This document shows positions 48,564 to 58,066 of a stretch of 64,000 bases of DNA, piece by piece. Both the position numbers and the translations under genes were made by a program. A model generated the notes under the pieces. It was not told the DNA's origin and searched no databases. It was given only the letters and a program-made list of their open reading frames with translations. The DNA comes from an uncultured Clostridium sp. (GTDB taxonomy: Bacteria; Bacillota_I; Bacilli_A; RF39; UBA660): contig CAZOBH010000001.1 of assembly GCA_964578175.1 (NCBI GenBank), positions 3,198-67,197 on the forward strand, written 5' to 3'. Position 1 is the stretch's first letter, and each line of letters begins with the position of its first letter.

Positions 48564-48579
48564 TGTTTCACGTGAAACA
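48564..48579. other. parS site 3, abutting the tadA stop codon
   Basis: Exact TGTTTCACGTGAAACA, immediately 3' of the tadA TAA (48580-48582). Confidence 0.85.
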
Positions 48580-49008
48580 TTATTTGTTTCTTATTTTTTT
48601 AAAAAAATCATTGAATGTATTTTCTGCGTCTTTATAGTTATCTAAATATATCAAGTTAATCCCATCTAATATATTAAGAGAATCTTTTTCTAATTTTAAA
48701 TCTGTTTGTTTAATACAATAGTATACATTTTTTATTCTTGATTGTTTTATTGCAGAAGCACACATTGGACAAGGAAATAAGGTAACATAAATATCACAAT
48801 CATCCAATCTCCAGTTATTTATTTTTTTATTTGCTTTTGTTATAGCTATTATTTCAGCATGATCTATTATTAAATTTGATTTATTCTTTTTATTATATGC
48901 CTTTGCAATTACTTTATTATTTTTAACTATTACAGCACCTACTGGAATATCGTTACTTATAAATGCTTTTTTTGATTCTTTTAGAGCTAAATTCATATAT
49001 TTATTCAT
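48580..49008 (-). CDS. tadA: tRNA-specific adenosine deaminase
   Basis: MNKYMNLALKESKKAF...VGAVIV, HAEIIAI and PCPMCASA zinc motifs. The ATG at 49008 has a GAGGTG RBS. The track ORF extension to 49116 runs through the SRP RNA gene and is rejected. Confidence 0.9.
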   Translation of the reverse strand: MNKYMNLALKESKKAFISNDIPVGAVIVKNNKVIAKAYNKKNKSNLIIDHAEIIAITKANKKINNWRLDDCDIYVTLFPCPMCASAIKQSRIKNVYYCIKQTDLKLEKDSLNILDGINLIYLDNYKDAENTFNDFFKKIRNK

Positions 49009-49046
49009 AAAAACACCTCGTACATTTGTATGATTAATTTTATAAT

Positions 49047-49126
49047 AAAAATGATGCACATGAATAATAAATGTTAAGGCTGCTATCTTCCGATTCTGAC
49101 CTGGTTCCATAATCACTCATTGCATC
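49047..49126 (-). ncRNA. ffs: Small (4.5S-like) signal recognition particle RNA
   Basis: The minus strand reads GATGCAATGAGTGATTATGGAACCAGGTCAGAATCGGAAGATAGCAGCCTTAACATTTATTATTCATGTGCATC+TTTTT. The core ACCAGGTCAG..CGGAAG..AGCAGCC matches the E. coli 4.5S domain IV sequence ACCAGGUCAGGUCCGGAAGGAAGCAGCC, with compensatory changes around the GGAA tetraloop. The 5' and 3' ends pair (GATGCA/TGCATC). The exact ends are approximate. Confidence 0.85.
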
Positions 49127-49150
49127 ATTTATAATATATTATATTTTCCC

Positions 49151-51634
49151 CTAATTTTCAATGTTTTCTTGTAATTCTTCTTTATTATCGTTAGATTCTT
49201 CTGTATCTTCTTCGTTTTGTTTTACAATAGTTGTTATTGTTGATACTAATTGATTATCTTTAAGATTTATTAATCTTACTCCTTGAGTATTTCTTCCTAA
49301 TGTTGATATAGAATCAGTACTCATTCTAATTGCAGTTCCTTCATCAGTAATTATCATCAAATCTTCTTCTCCATCTACAATTTTAAATCCGATTAATTCT
49401 CCTGTTTTATCAGTTGTATTTAAAGCTTTAACTCCTTTACTTCCACGATGTGTTTCTCTATATTCACTTACGTTAGTTTGTTTACCATATCCATTTTTTG
49501 TAACAACTAATACATTTTCGTTATTTAAAGATATTGATGCACCAACTACTATCTCATTTTCATTTAATTCTATTCCTTTTACTCCAGAACTTGATCTTCC
49601 CATTACTCTTACTTCATTTTCATTAAATTTAATCATTTTTCCACCATTTGAAGCAATAAGTATTGTTTTAGTTCCATCAGTTTTACCAACATATAAAACT
49701 TCATCATTATCATTTAAAATAATTGCCTTTTTACCATTAGATCTAATACTATCAAATTCTTCAATATTAGTTCTCTTAATCTTACCTTTTCTAGTTACAA
49801 ATAACAAATATTTATTTTCATCATCTTGTTTGATATTTAATACTGATGTAATTTTCTCATCTTTTTCCAAAGGTAATAAGTTTACAATTGGTAATCCTTT
49901 TGATTGTCTTCCAAATTCTGGAATTTCATATCCTTTCAAAGCATATACTTTTCCATAATTACTAAAGAATAACATTTTATCGTGAGTTTCTAAGTTAATA
50001 AGTTTTTCTGGGAAATCTTCCTCATTAGTACTTATTCCTTTAATTCCAACTCCACCTCTATTTTGAGTTCTAAAATTACTTTCTTCAATTCTCTTAATAT
50101 ATCCTTTATTAGTTAAGGTTACTAAGATATTTTCAACTGGAATTAAAGACTCATCTTCAATATAATCAACAGCTGTCATATCAATAGTAGTTTTTCTTTC
50201 ATCTGAATATTTATTTTTAATTTCTAATAATTCATTTTTAACAACATTTAATATATTTGCATCACTTGATAATATTTCTCTTAGTCTTGCGATTTCTTTT
50301 ATTAAATCAGCTAATTCAGCTTCAACTTTGCTTCTTTCCAATCCAGTCAATCTACGTAATTTCATTTCTAAGATTGCTTCTGATTGAACTTCATCTAAAG
50401 CAAATTTTATTTTTAATTGTTCTTTTGCTTCTTCGTCGCTTTCTGCACCTCTAATTATTTTTATTACTTCATCAATATTATCTAGTGCAATTTTAAATCC
50501 TTCTAATATATGAACTCTTGCTTCCGCTTTTCTTAGTTCAAATTGAGTTCTTCTAATTATTATTTCTTTTTGATAATCTATATATTTTGAAATAATATCT
50601 TTTAATCCTAGAGTTTTAGGAGTTCCTTTATCTAACATTAATAGTATTATTCCATAATTTACTTGGAATTGTGTGTGTTTATATAAATTATTTAAAACTA
50701 CTTGAGGATTAGCATCCTTTTTTAAAGTAATAGTTATCTTAATACCATCTTTTAAATCAGTATGGTAATCAGATATTCCATCAATTACTTTGTTATGTAC
50801 TAAATCAGCAACTTTTTTCTTTAATTCAGAAGTATTTACTCCATATGGAACCTCATTAACAATTATATAATGTTTTCCATCTCTTTCTTCAATTTCAGCT
50901 TTACTTCTAATTGTAATTGATCCTCGTCCTGTATCATAAGCTTGTTTAATTCCTTGATTTCCAAGAATTATTCCACCTGTAGGGAAATCAGGGCCTTTTA
51001 TATATTGCATTAATTCTAATGTGTTTATTTCAGGATTATCAATATATGCAACACATCCATCTATTACTTCTCCTAAATTGTGAGGTGGTATATTTGTCGC
51101 CATACCAACAGCAATCCCCATTGTCCCATTAACTAATATATTAGGGAATCTTGAAGGTAATATTTCTGGTTCTTTTTCAGATTCATCAAAGTTAGGTACA
51201 AAATCAACGGTATCTTTATTGATATCTCTTAATAACTCTAATGATATTTTTGATAATTTAGATTCTGTATAACGCATTGCTGCAGCTCCATATCCTTCAA
51301 TATTACCAAAGTTACCATGTCCATCAACTAACATGTATCTATAACTGAAGTCTTGTGCCATTCTTACCATTGCTTCATATATTGAACTATCTCCATGAGG
51401 GTGATATTTTCCCATAACCTCTCCGACAATTCTTGCACTTTTACGATGAGGTTTATCAGGAGTATACCCTGTATCATACATAGAATATAAAATACGTCTA
51501 TGAACTGGTTTTAATCCATCTCTTAAATCAGGTAATGCACGTTGTACAATAACACTCATCGAATATTCAAGAAATGATGTTTCAACTTCACTTACTATAT
51601 TATTTTCTTCTAATCTATCTCTACTATGATCCAT
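49151..51634 (-). CDS. gyrA: DNA gyrase subunit A
   Basis: [16 protein letters not shown], the active-site region AAMRYTE, and C-terminal beta-pinwheel repeats. Confidence 0.97.
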   Translation of the reverse strand: MDHSRDRLEENNIVSEVETSFLEYSMSVIVQRALPDLRDGLKPVHRRILYSMYDTGYTPDKPHRKSARIVGEVMGKYHPHGDSSIYEAMVRMAQDFSYRYMLVDGHGNFGNIEGYGAAAMRYTESKLSKISLELLRDINKDTVDFVPNFDESEKEPEILPSRFPNILVNGTMGIAVGMATNIPPHNLGEVIDGCVAYIDNPEINTLELMQYIKGPDFPTGGIILGNQGIKQAYDTGRGSITIRSKAEIEERDGKHYIIVNEVPYGVNTSELKKKVADLVHNKVIDGISDYHTDLKDGIKITITLKKDANPQVVLNNLYKHTQFQVNYGIILLMLDKGTPKTLGLKDIISKYIDYQKEIIIRRTQFELRKAEARVHILEGFKIALDNIDEVIKIIRGAESDEEAKEQLKIKFALDEVQSEAILEMKLRRLTGLERSKVEAELADLIKEIARLREILSSDANILNVVKNELLEIKNKYSDERKTTIDMTAVDYIEDESLIPVENILVTLTNKGYIKRIEESNFRTQNRGGVGIKGISTNEEDFPEKLINLETHDKMLFFSNYGKVYALKGYEIPEFGRQSKGLPIVNLLPLEKDEKITSVLNIKQDDENKYLLFVTRKGKIKRTNIEEFDSIRSNGKKAIILNDNDEVLYVGKTDGTKTILIASNGGKMIKFNENEVRVMGRSSSGVKGIELNENEIVVGASISLNNENVLVVTKNGYGKQTNVSEYRETHRGSKGVKALNTTDKTGELIGFKIVDGEEDLMIITDEGTAIRMSTDSISTLGRNTQGVRLINLKDNQLVSTITTIVKQNEEDTEESNDNKEELQENIEN

Positions 51635-51645
51635 ATCAACACCTC

Positions 51646-53571
51646 CTATACATCTAAGTTTTCAACATATACTGCATTTTCTTCAATAAATTTTCTTCTT
51701 GGTTCTACTTCTTCACCCATTAATTTATTAAATACATTATCAGCAGATATAGCATCTTCAACAGTAATCTTTCTTAAAATTCTTTTATTAATATCCATTG
51801 TTGTCTCGTTTAATTCTTCAGCATCCATTTCTCCTAAACCTTTCATACGCATAATGTCGTATTTTGTATTAGGAGATAATGAAGCTAAATATGCATCTCT
51901 TTCTTCTTCATTAAGTACATATTTTATAACTTTTCCATGTTTTATACAAAATAATGGTGGTTGAGCAGCATATACATGTCCTGCTTCAACAATTGGTTTA
52001 AAGAATCTATAAAATAACGTTAATAATAACACTCTAATATGTGATCCATCAACATCGGCATCTGTCATGATTATTATTTTATGATATCTTAATTTACTTA
52101 AATCAAATTCTTCACCAATTCCAGTACCAAATGCAGTAATAATTGTTCTTATTTCTTCATTTGATAAAGCTCTATCTAATCTTGCTTTTTCAACATTTAA
52201 TATTTTTCCCCTTAAAGGAAGTATTGCTTGAGTCATTGCATCTCTACCTTTTATTGCACTACCTCCAGCTGAATCTCCCTCGACTAAGAATATTTCACAT
52301 TTTTCTGGATCTTTATCCTTACAATCAACTAATTTTCCACCAAAATTAACCACATCTAAATCACTTTTTCTTCTAGTTAATTCTCTTGCTTTTTTCGCAG
52401 CAATTCTCGCTCTAGAAGCTGTCATTGATTTATCTAATATTATTTTTGCTTCATCTGGATTTTCTAACAAAAATCTTTCTAATGCCTCAGCAAATATTTT
52501 CTCAGATATATTTCTAACTTCAGCATTACCTAATTTTGTTTTAGTTTGTCCTTCAAATTGAGGATTTGGATGTTTACAAGAAATAATCATAGTTATTCCT
52601 TCTCTAACATCATCACCAGATAATGGTTCATCTTTATCCTTTAAAATATTATTTTTTACACCGTATTTGTTAATAACTCTTGTTAATGCTCTTTTAACAC
52701 CATCTTCATGTGTTCCACCTTCAGGTGTAATAATATTATTAACAAATGAATATATATTAGATGAATATCCTTCATTATATTGAAAAGCTATTTCCAAAGA
52801 AATATCATTCTCTTCTCCTGCTATATCAACAATTGTTTCGTGAATTGGATTTCTATTTTCATTTAGCATTTTTACATATTCAACTAATCCACCTTCATAT
52901 TTATATGATATTTTCTTATCAACTTCTCTTTCATCTAATAAATTAAGTTGTAATCCCTTGTTCAAGAAAGCTAACTCTTGTAATCTAATTCTTAATGTTT
53001 CATAGTTAAATATTGTAGTTTCAGTAAATATTTCAGGATCAGGTTTAAATCTTACTGAAGTTCCAGTTCTTTCTTTTGGACAATCGTCTATTATTTTTAA
53101 ATCTTCTACAGGATGACCTCCATTTTCAAATTTTTGATAATAAACATGTCCATCTCTATAAACTTTTACTTCTAACCATTCACTTAAAGCATTAACTACA
53201 CTAGCTCCAACTCCATGAAGTCCTCCAGATACTTTGTATCCTCCTCCGCCAAATTTTCCACCAGCATGTAATACTGTATAAATAGTTTCAACTGTAGATT
53301 TACCTGTTTTCGGATGTATTCCAACAGGTACTCCCCTACCATTATCAATTACAGTAATAGTATTTTCTTTTCCTATAATTACATCAATATTGTTACAATA
53401 ACCAGCTAAAGCTTCATCAATTGAATTATCTACTATTTCCCAAACTAAATGATGAAGTCCTCTTTCACTAGTAGTACCAATATACATTCCAGGTCTTTTT
53501 CTTACCGCTTCAAGTCCTTCTAGTACTTGAATTGAAGAAGAATCATATACTTCATTTCCTTTGTTTTCCAT
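51646..53571 (-). CDS. gyrB: DNA gyrase subunit B
   Basis: [24 protein letters not shown], the GHKL ATPase, Toprim EGDSAGG, and [10 protein letters not shown]. The track start at 53583 is a GTG within the AAGGTGG RBS; the ATG at 53571 is preferred. Confidence 0.96.
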   Translation of the reverse strand: MENKGNEVYDSSSIQVLEGLEAVRKRPGMYIGTTSERGLHHLVWEIVDNSIDEALAGYCNNIDVIIGKENTITVIDNGRGVPVGIHPKTGKSTVETIYTVLHAGGKFGGGGYKVSGGLHGVGASVVNALSEWLEVKVYRDGHVYYQKFENGGHPVEDLKIIDDCPKERTGTSVRFKPDPEIFTETTIFNYETLRIRLQELAFLNKGLQLNLLDEREVDKKISYKYEGGLVEYVKMLNENRNPIHETIVDIAGEENDISLEIAFQYNEGYSSNIYSFVNNIITPEGGTHEDGVKRALTRVINKYGVKNNILKDKDEPLSGDDVREGITMIISCKHPNPQFEGQTKTKLGNAEVRNISEKIFAEALERFLLENPDEAKIILDKSMTASRARIAAKKARELTRRKSDLDVVNFGGKLVDCKDKDPEKCEIFLVEGDSAGGSAIKGRDAMTQAILPLRGKILNVEKARLDRALSNEEIRTIITAFGTGIGEEFDLSKLRYHKIIIMTDADVDGSHIRVLLLTLFYRFFKPIVEAGHVYAAQPPLFCIKHGKVIKYVLNEEERDAYLASLSPNTKYDIMRMKGLGEMDAEELNETTMDINKRILRKITVEDAISADNVFNKLMGEEVEPRRKFIEENAVYVENLDV

Positions 53572-53572
53572 T

Positions 53573-54688
53573 TTATTTTCCACCTTCTTCTATCATATTA
53601 TTTTTTACTTTAAATATTTTTGCATCTTTTAAAATTTTTTTACTTATTTGTCTAATATCATTTGTTGTTATTACTGTTTGATAGTCAGAACTAATATATT
53701 CTATAAGTTTATTTTTCTTTTTCTTATCTAATTCACTAAATATATCATCTAATAATATTATAGGTTTAGATATTTTTTTTTCTTCAAAAATTTTAAGTTC
53801 TGCAAATTTTAAAGAAATAAAAGCTAATTTTTGTTGACCTTGTGATCCATATATTTTAATATCACCTTCATCAATATTTAAATAAAAATCATCTCTATGT
53901 GGACCATATAATGTCATACCTAACGCAATTTCCCTATGTAGATTTTGTTTATATTTATTTTTTAATTTTTCTTTTATCTCTTCGTCTTCAAACTTATTTA
54001 AATCTATATTATTTACATATACTATTTTTAAATTATCTACTTCACTTATATCTTTATATATATCAGTAATATATTTATTAATATAATCAATAAATTCTTT
54101 TCTTTTTTTATAAATAAATATTTCTTTTTCAATTAATTTTTCATTTAATACATCTAAATAATTATAATCACCTAAACTATTAGTATATAAAATCTTTAAA
54201 TAATCATTTCTCATTTTGAGTAATTTATTAAACTCGTTATATATTTTTAGATATTCATTAGATAATTGACTTATCTCAGTATTAATAAAATTTCTTCGGT
54301 CTTGAGGTGATCCTTTTATTATTCTAATATCATCAGGAGACGACAATAATACATAAAGATTTCCAACATAATCAGACATTTTTTTTACTACTGAATCATT
54401 ATATTTTACTATTTTCTTTTTATTATCATATTCTATTGATAATTTTTTAGGAATCTTATCATCTTTAACATTTCCTGATATAATAAATTTAGATGAATCT
54501 AACTTAATTAAATTTGAATCATTTGTCGTACGAAAAGATTTTGTTAAGGCTAAAACATATATACTTTCTAAGATGTTTGTTTTACCTAGAGCATTATTTC
54601 CAATAATAATATTTATTTTATCTGATAAATTTATATCAATTTTTGAATAATTTCTAAAATTTATTAACTTTATTTTTTTAATTTTCAT
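53573..54688 (-). CDS. recF: DNA replication and repair protein RecF
   Basis: [14 protein letters not shown]..., Walker [10 protein letters not shown], the signature GSQGQQK, and Walker [12 protein letters not shown]. Confidence 0.93.
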   Translation of the reverse strand: MKIKKIKLINFRNYSKIDINLSDKINIIIGNNALGKTNILESIYVLALTKSFRTTNDSNLIKLDSSKFIISGNVKDDKIPKKLSIEYDNKKKIVKYNDSVVKKMSDYVGNLYVLLSSPDDIRIIKGSPQDRRNFINTEISQLSNEYLKIYNEFNKLLKMRNDYLKILYTNSLGDYNYLDVLNEKLIEKEIFIYKKRKEFIDYINKYITDIYKDISEVDNLKIVYVNNIDLNKFEDEEIKEKLKNKYKQNLHREIALGMTLYGPHRDDFYLNIDEGDIKIYGSQGQQKLAFISLKFAELKIFEEKKISKPIILLDDIFSELDKKKKNKLIEYISSDYQTVITTNDIRQISKKILKDAKIFKVKNNMIEEGGK

Positions 54689-54784
54689 TTTAACCTATCA
54701 AAAACGCTCATATTTTCACCTTAACCCTGTTTAACTATACCTCTACATACATACTTATTATATCACTTATCAACTATTTATTAA

Positions 54785-54809
54785 AGAAAAAGAGAACTAA
54801 AAGTTCTCT
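54785..54809 (-). terminator. Terminator at the 3' end of the comK-like gene
   Basis: Stem AGAGAAC / GTTCTCT with loop TAAAA, followed on the minus strand by TTTTCT. It overlaps the last codons and the stop. Confidence 0.55.
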
Positions 54810-55258
54810 TTCTTACTTATTTTTCTCTTTCTTGAAATTAACTCTAATTTACAAGATCTAGATATTTGATTTTCTAATGATAATTTTGATATATCAAAGT
54901 TAATTGTTTCTTTATTTTTAAAAGTAATCTTTGTTGTTTTATCATCTTTCTCATAACTATCAATATAATTATGATTTATCCAACAGCAATCTTCTAATAA
55001 ACTTGATTTAGTAGGAAAAAATACAATACTTTCAGAATCTTCTACTAAAACTGGAACTTTATAATTACTATTTAATATTTTTTTAGAAGCATCTACTCTA
55101 CCTTGATATGAACTTCCATAATATTCACAGCTTGATTCCATAATTTCATAAGCTTTCTCATTAATTAAATATTGATCATTTACTTCCTTAATTAATGTTT
55201 TATTATACCCAACAGGTATAATTGCCATTGTTTCTTCATTAATTTCATAATTTTCCAT
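54797..55258 (-). CDS. comK: ComK-family competence transcription factor homologue
   Basis: YEINEETMAIIP, SCEYYGSSYQGR, KVPVLVEDSESIVFFPTKS and CCWINHNYI align with B. subtilis ComK (YEVNGATIAVLP, SCRFFGSSYAGR, KPPIMVDPSNQIFLFPTLS, CGWISHVHV). A strong GGGGGAG RBS lies upstream. Confidence 0.75.
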   Translation of the reverse strand: MENYEINEETMAIIPVGYNKTLIKEVNDQYLINEKAYEIMESSCEYYGSSYQGRVDASKKILNSNYKVPVLVEDSESIVFFPTKSSLLEDCCWINHNYIDSYEKDDKTTKITFKNKETINFDISKLSLENQISRSCKLELISRKRKISKKENF

Positions 55259-55333
55259 AATATCTCCCCCAAAAAAATTATGATTAACTTATATCACTAT
55301 TTTTTGGCGATATTTGGCGACTAATGGCTATTA

Positions 55334-56458
55334 TTAATATGTTCTTATTGGTAATACTAATTGAGTTAAGTTAGTATCTTCAATTCCTTTTATTAATATT
55401 GGTTTTACTTCACCCACAAAACTAATTTCTACTTTTTCTTCCTCAAATGATTTTAAAGCTTCCATCATATATCTTGCACTAAATGAAATTCTTATATTTT
55501 CACTATTATTCTTTTCAATTGGCATCTTCTCTTCTACTCTACCAATTTCTGCAGATTGACTTCTAATAAACATTAAATCATCTGTAGTTTCTAATGTAAC
55601 AATATTTTTATCTCTATCTGATGTTAATATGCTTGCTCTATCTATTACATTATATAAATCATTAATATTAATTACTATTTTTAATAATGAATCTTTAGGT
55701 AATAAATTATTAGTATTAGGATAATTTCCACTAATTAATCTAGATTGAAAATAGAAATTCTCTTGTTTAAATAATATTTTATTTTTAAATATATGTAATT
55801 CAATATTATCCTCATTTTCATTTAAAATTCTTACAAATTCAATTACATTTTTACTTGGAATTACTATATTGTATTCTTCATTAGATGGAACATCTAAATT
55901 AATAACTTTTTTAGCTAATCTATATGAATCTGTAGAATTACATTCTAGTATATTTCCATTTATTTTAAAATTAATACCAGTTAATATTTGTCTAGATTCA
56001 TCATTTGATGTAGCAAAAGATGTTTGATTAACTAAAGTTTTAAATGTTTTAGTATTTATATTAATAAAGTTTTTATTTTCCTCTAATACTATCTTAGGAT
56101 ATTCACTATTACTTATTCCATTTAAATTAAATTCACTATTATCTGTGGAAATTAATATTTTAATATCATCCAATACTTCTATATTTATATATTCATCTGG
56201 TAATTTTCTAACTATATCTAATATATATTTTCCTTGAATAATAACAGTTCCTTCTTCATTAATATCCATATTTTCATTATTTTGTGGAATAAAAGTCTGA
56301 ATAGTAATATCATTATCAGATGCTGTTAAAGTTAATCCTTCATTGGTAAGATCAAATTTAATACCTCCTAAAACAGGAATTAAGTTTTTTGTTGATATTG
56401 CTTTTGATACTTTATTTAAATTTTCATATAGAATATCTGTCTTAATTTTTAATTTCAT
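55334..56458 (-). CDS. dnaN: DNA polymerase III beta sliding clamp
   Basis: 374 aa with a three-domain clamp layout, beginning MKLKIKTDILYENLNKVSKAISTKNLIPVLGGIKF and ending LVLPIRTY. Confidence 0.95.
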   Translation of the reverse strand: MKLKIKTDILYENLNKVSKAISTKNLIPVLGGIKFDLTNEGLTLTASDNDITIQTFIPQNNENMDINEEGTVIIQGKYILDIVRKLPDEYINIEVLDDIKILISTDNSEFNLNGISNSEYPKIVLEENKNFININTKTFKTLVNQTSFATSNDESRQILTGINFKINGNILECNSTDSYRLAKKVINLDVPSNEEYNIVIPSKNVIEFVRILNENEDNIELHIFKNKILFKQENFYFQSRLISGNYPNTNNLLPKDSLLKIVININDLYNVIDRASILTSDRDKNIVTLETTDDLMFIRSQSAEIGRVEEKMPIEKNNSENIRISFSARYMMEALKSFEEEKVEISFVGEVKPILIKGIEDTNLTQLVLPIRTY

Positions 56459-56596
56459 AATTTGTTCCTTCTTTCTTATTTATTTTAAATTTTTTATTAT
56501 TATTACTGTTGAAAATGTTAATAACTTTTTTTAACTAATAATAACATTGATTTTTAATTTTTAACCTTGTTATTTATTTGTTAATAAAAAGTATTT
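56459..56596 (-). other. oriC, dnaA-dnaN intergenic part: tandem DnaA-box-like elements, TAA-trio run and AT-rich candidate unwinding region
   Basis: On the minus strand: TTATTAACA-TTTTCAACA (boxes at 56524-56507), then G-TAA-TAA-TAA-TAA-AAAAA (56506-56490), then an A/T-only stretch up to the dnaN RBS. Confidence 0.6.
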
Positions 56597-57973
56597 TTAA
56601 ACATTTTTTATTTGTTTTGTTAAATTTTCTATGGCTTTTTCCACTTCTTTATTCTTTTTCATTTCTTTCTCTACTTTATCACATGAATGGATAACTGTAG
56701 AATGATCTTTTCCACCAAATTCTGTTCCTATTTTAGGAAAAGATTCATCTGTTAATTGTCTACATAGATACATAGCTATTTGTCTAGGAAAAGCTATATT
56801 TGCACTTCTCTTCTTACTTCTTAAATCATCCACTGTAATTTGAAAATAATTAGCTACAGCCTTTTGAATCTTAGCTACATCATTCTTTTCACTAATTATA
56901 TCTTTATTAGTAAATCCATTAAGAGCATCTTTAGCAAGTTCTATATCAATATCTTTTCCCCAAGTAAGTGAATAAGCCATTAATCTTGTTAAAGCTCCCT
57001 CTAAATTTCTAACACTTCCACTAATTGTTGCTGCCATAAACTCTACTACTTCTTCAGGAATTGGTTTTGTTAGTTTTTCTACATCAATTTTCTTTAATAT
57101 AATAGCTTTTCTCAATTCAAGTTCTGGTGGAAAAATATCAACTGCTAGACCCCATCCAAATCTTGTTTTTAATCTATCTTCCAACTTATGTAGATCATTT
57201 GGTGAGGAATCTGATGAAATAATAATTTGCTTATTTCCTTCATATAAAGTGTTGAATGTGTGGAAAAACTCTTTTTGAGATTCTTTTGCTCCACTTAAGA
57301 ATTGAATATCATCTATTATTAATACATCTATATCTCTATATTTTTTCTTAAAGAATCCAACATAATCAAAATTTGATCCATCATCATCTCTTCTATTCAT
57401 TGCTACGAAATCATTTATAAATTGTTCACTCGAAATGTATAAAACTCTTTTATTGCTATGCTCTACTATATAATTTCCTATAGCGTGCATCAAATGAGTT
57501 TTACCTAATCCACTATTTCCATATATAAATAATGGATTATAGATTTTTCCAGGAGATTCCGCTACAGCAAGTGAAGCTGCTTGTGCAAATCTATTACTAT
57601 TACCGACTACAAAATTTTCAAATGTATATTTTTTTATTAAGTTAGAATCAATTTTATAATCAACTGTTTCTTCAGTGTTTCCATTATTCTCATTTAAATC
57701 AACAATTGATTCTTTCTCTTCTTCTATCTCATCTTGTAAAACTAATTCAATATTATAATTATTACCTGTGACCTCTTTTATCGTATTATCAAGTAGATCT
57801 TTATAATTGTTAATTATATTTTTCTTATGAATTTCATAAGGAACCGTAATAATAAATATACCATCCTCTATTTTATATAGAGTTGTATCCATAAACCAAG
57901 TTTGATATGCAAGTGAGTCTAATTCGGAATTTAGTTTTTCTAAGACTTTAGACCATATAGATTGATTGTCCAT
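56597..57973 (-). CDS. dnaA: Chromosomal replication initiator DnaA
   Basis: MDNQSIWSKVLEKL..., AAA+ Walker A GNSGLGKTHL, box VII, and the domain IV DNA-binding helix (HSTVIHSCDKV). The track ORF reaches 58012; the ATG at 57973 follows a GGGGGGAG RBS. Confidence 0.96.
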   Translation of the reverse strand: MDNQSIWSKVLEKLNSELDSLAYQTWFMDTTLYKIEDGIFIITVPYEIHKKNIINNYKDLLDNTIKEVTGNNYNIELVLQDEIEEEKESIVDLNENNGNTEETVDYKIDSNLIKKYTFENFVVGNSNRFAQAASLAVAESPGKIYNPLFIYGNSGLGKTHLMHAIGNYIVEHSNKRVLYISSEQFINDFVAMNRRDDDGSNFDYVGFFKKKYRDIDVLIIDDIQFLSGAKESQKEFFHTFNTLYEGNKQIIISSDSSPNDLHKLEDRLKTRFGWGLAVDIFPPELELRKAIILKKIDVEKLTKPIPEEVVEFMAATISGSVRNLEGALTRLMAYSLTWGKDIDIELAKDALNGFTNKDIISEKNDVAKIQKAVANYFQITVDDLRSKKRSANIAFPRQIAMYLCRQLTDESFPKIGTEFGGKDHSTVIHSCDKVEKEMKKNKEVEKAIENLTKQIKNV

Positions 57974-58066
57974 ATTAAACCACTCCCCCCGGTTTATAAG
58001 TATTAATTTCAATTTAATTGTAGCTTAATTTGTTTAAAAAAGTAAATAGAAAAAAGGGTAAAAAAA

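Noticed and set aside
49009-49116. N-terminal 36-codon extension of the tadA ORF
   Set aside because: It covers the SRP RNA gene. The conserved deaminase begins at MNKYMNLALKESKKA with its own GAGGTG RBS.
57974-58012. Upstream extension of dnaA (MKLILINRGEWFN)
   Set aside because: The extension contains the GGGGGGAG ribosome-binding site itself, and the canonical DnaA N-terminus starts at MDNQSIW.
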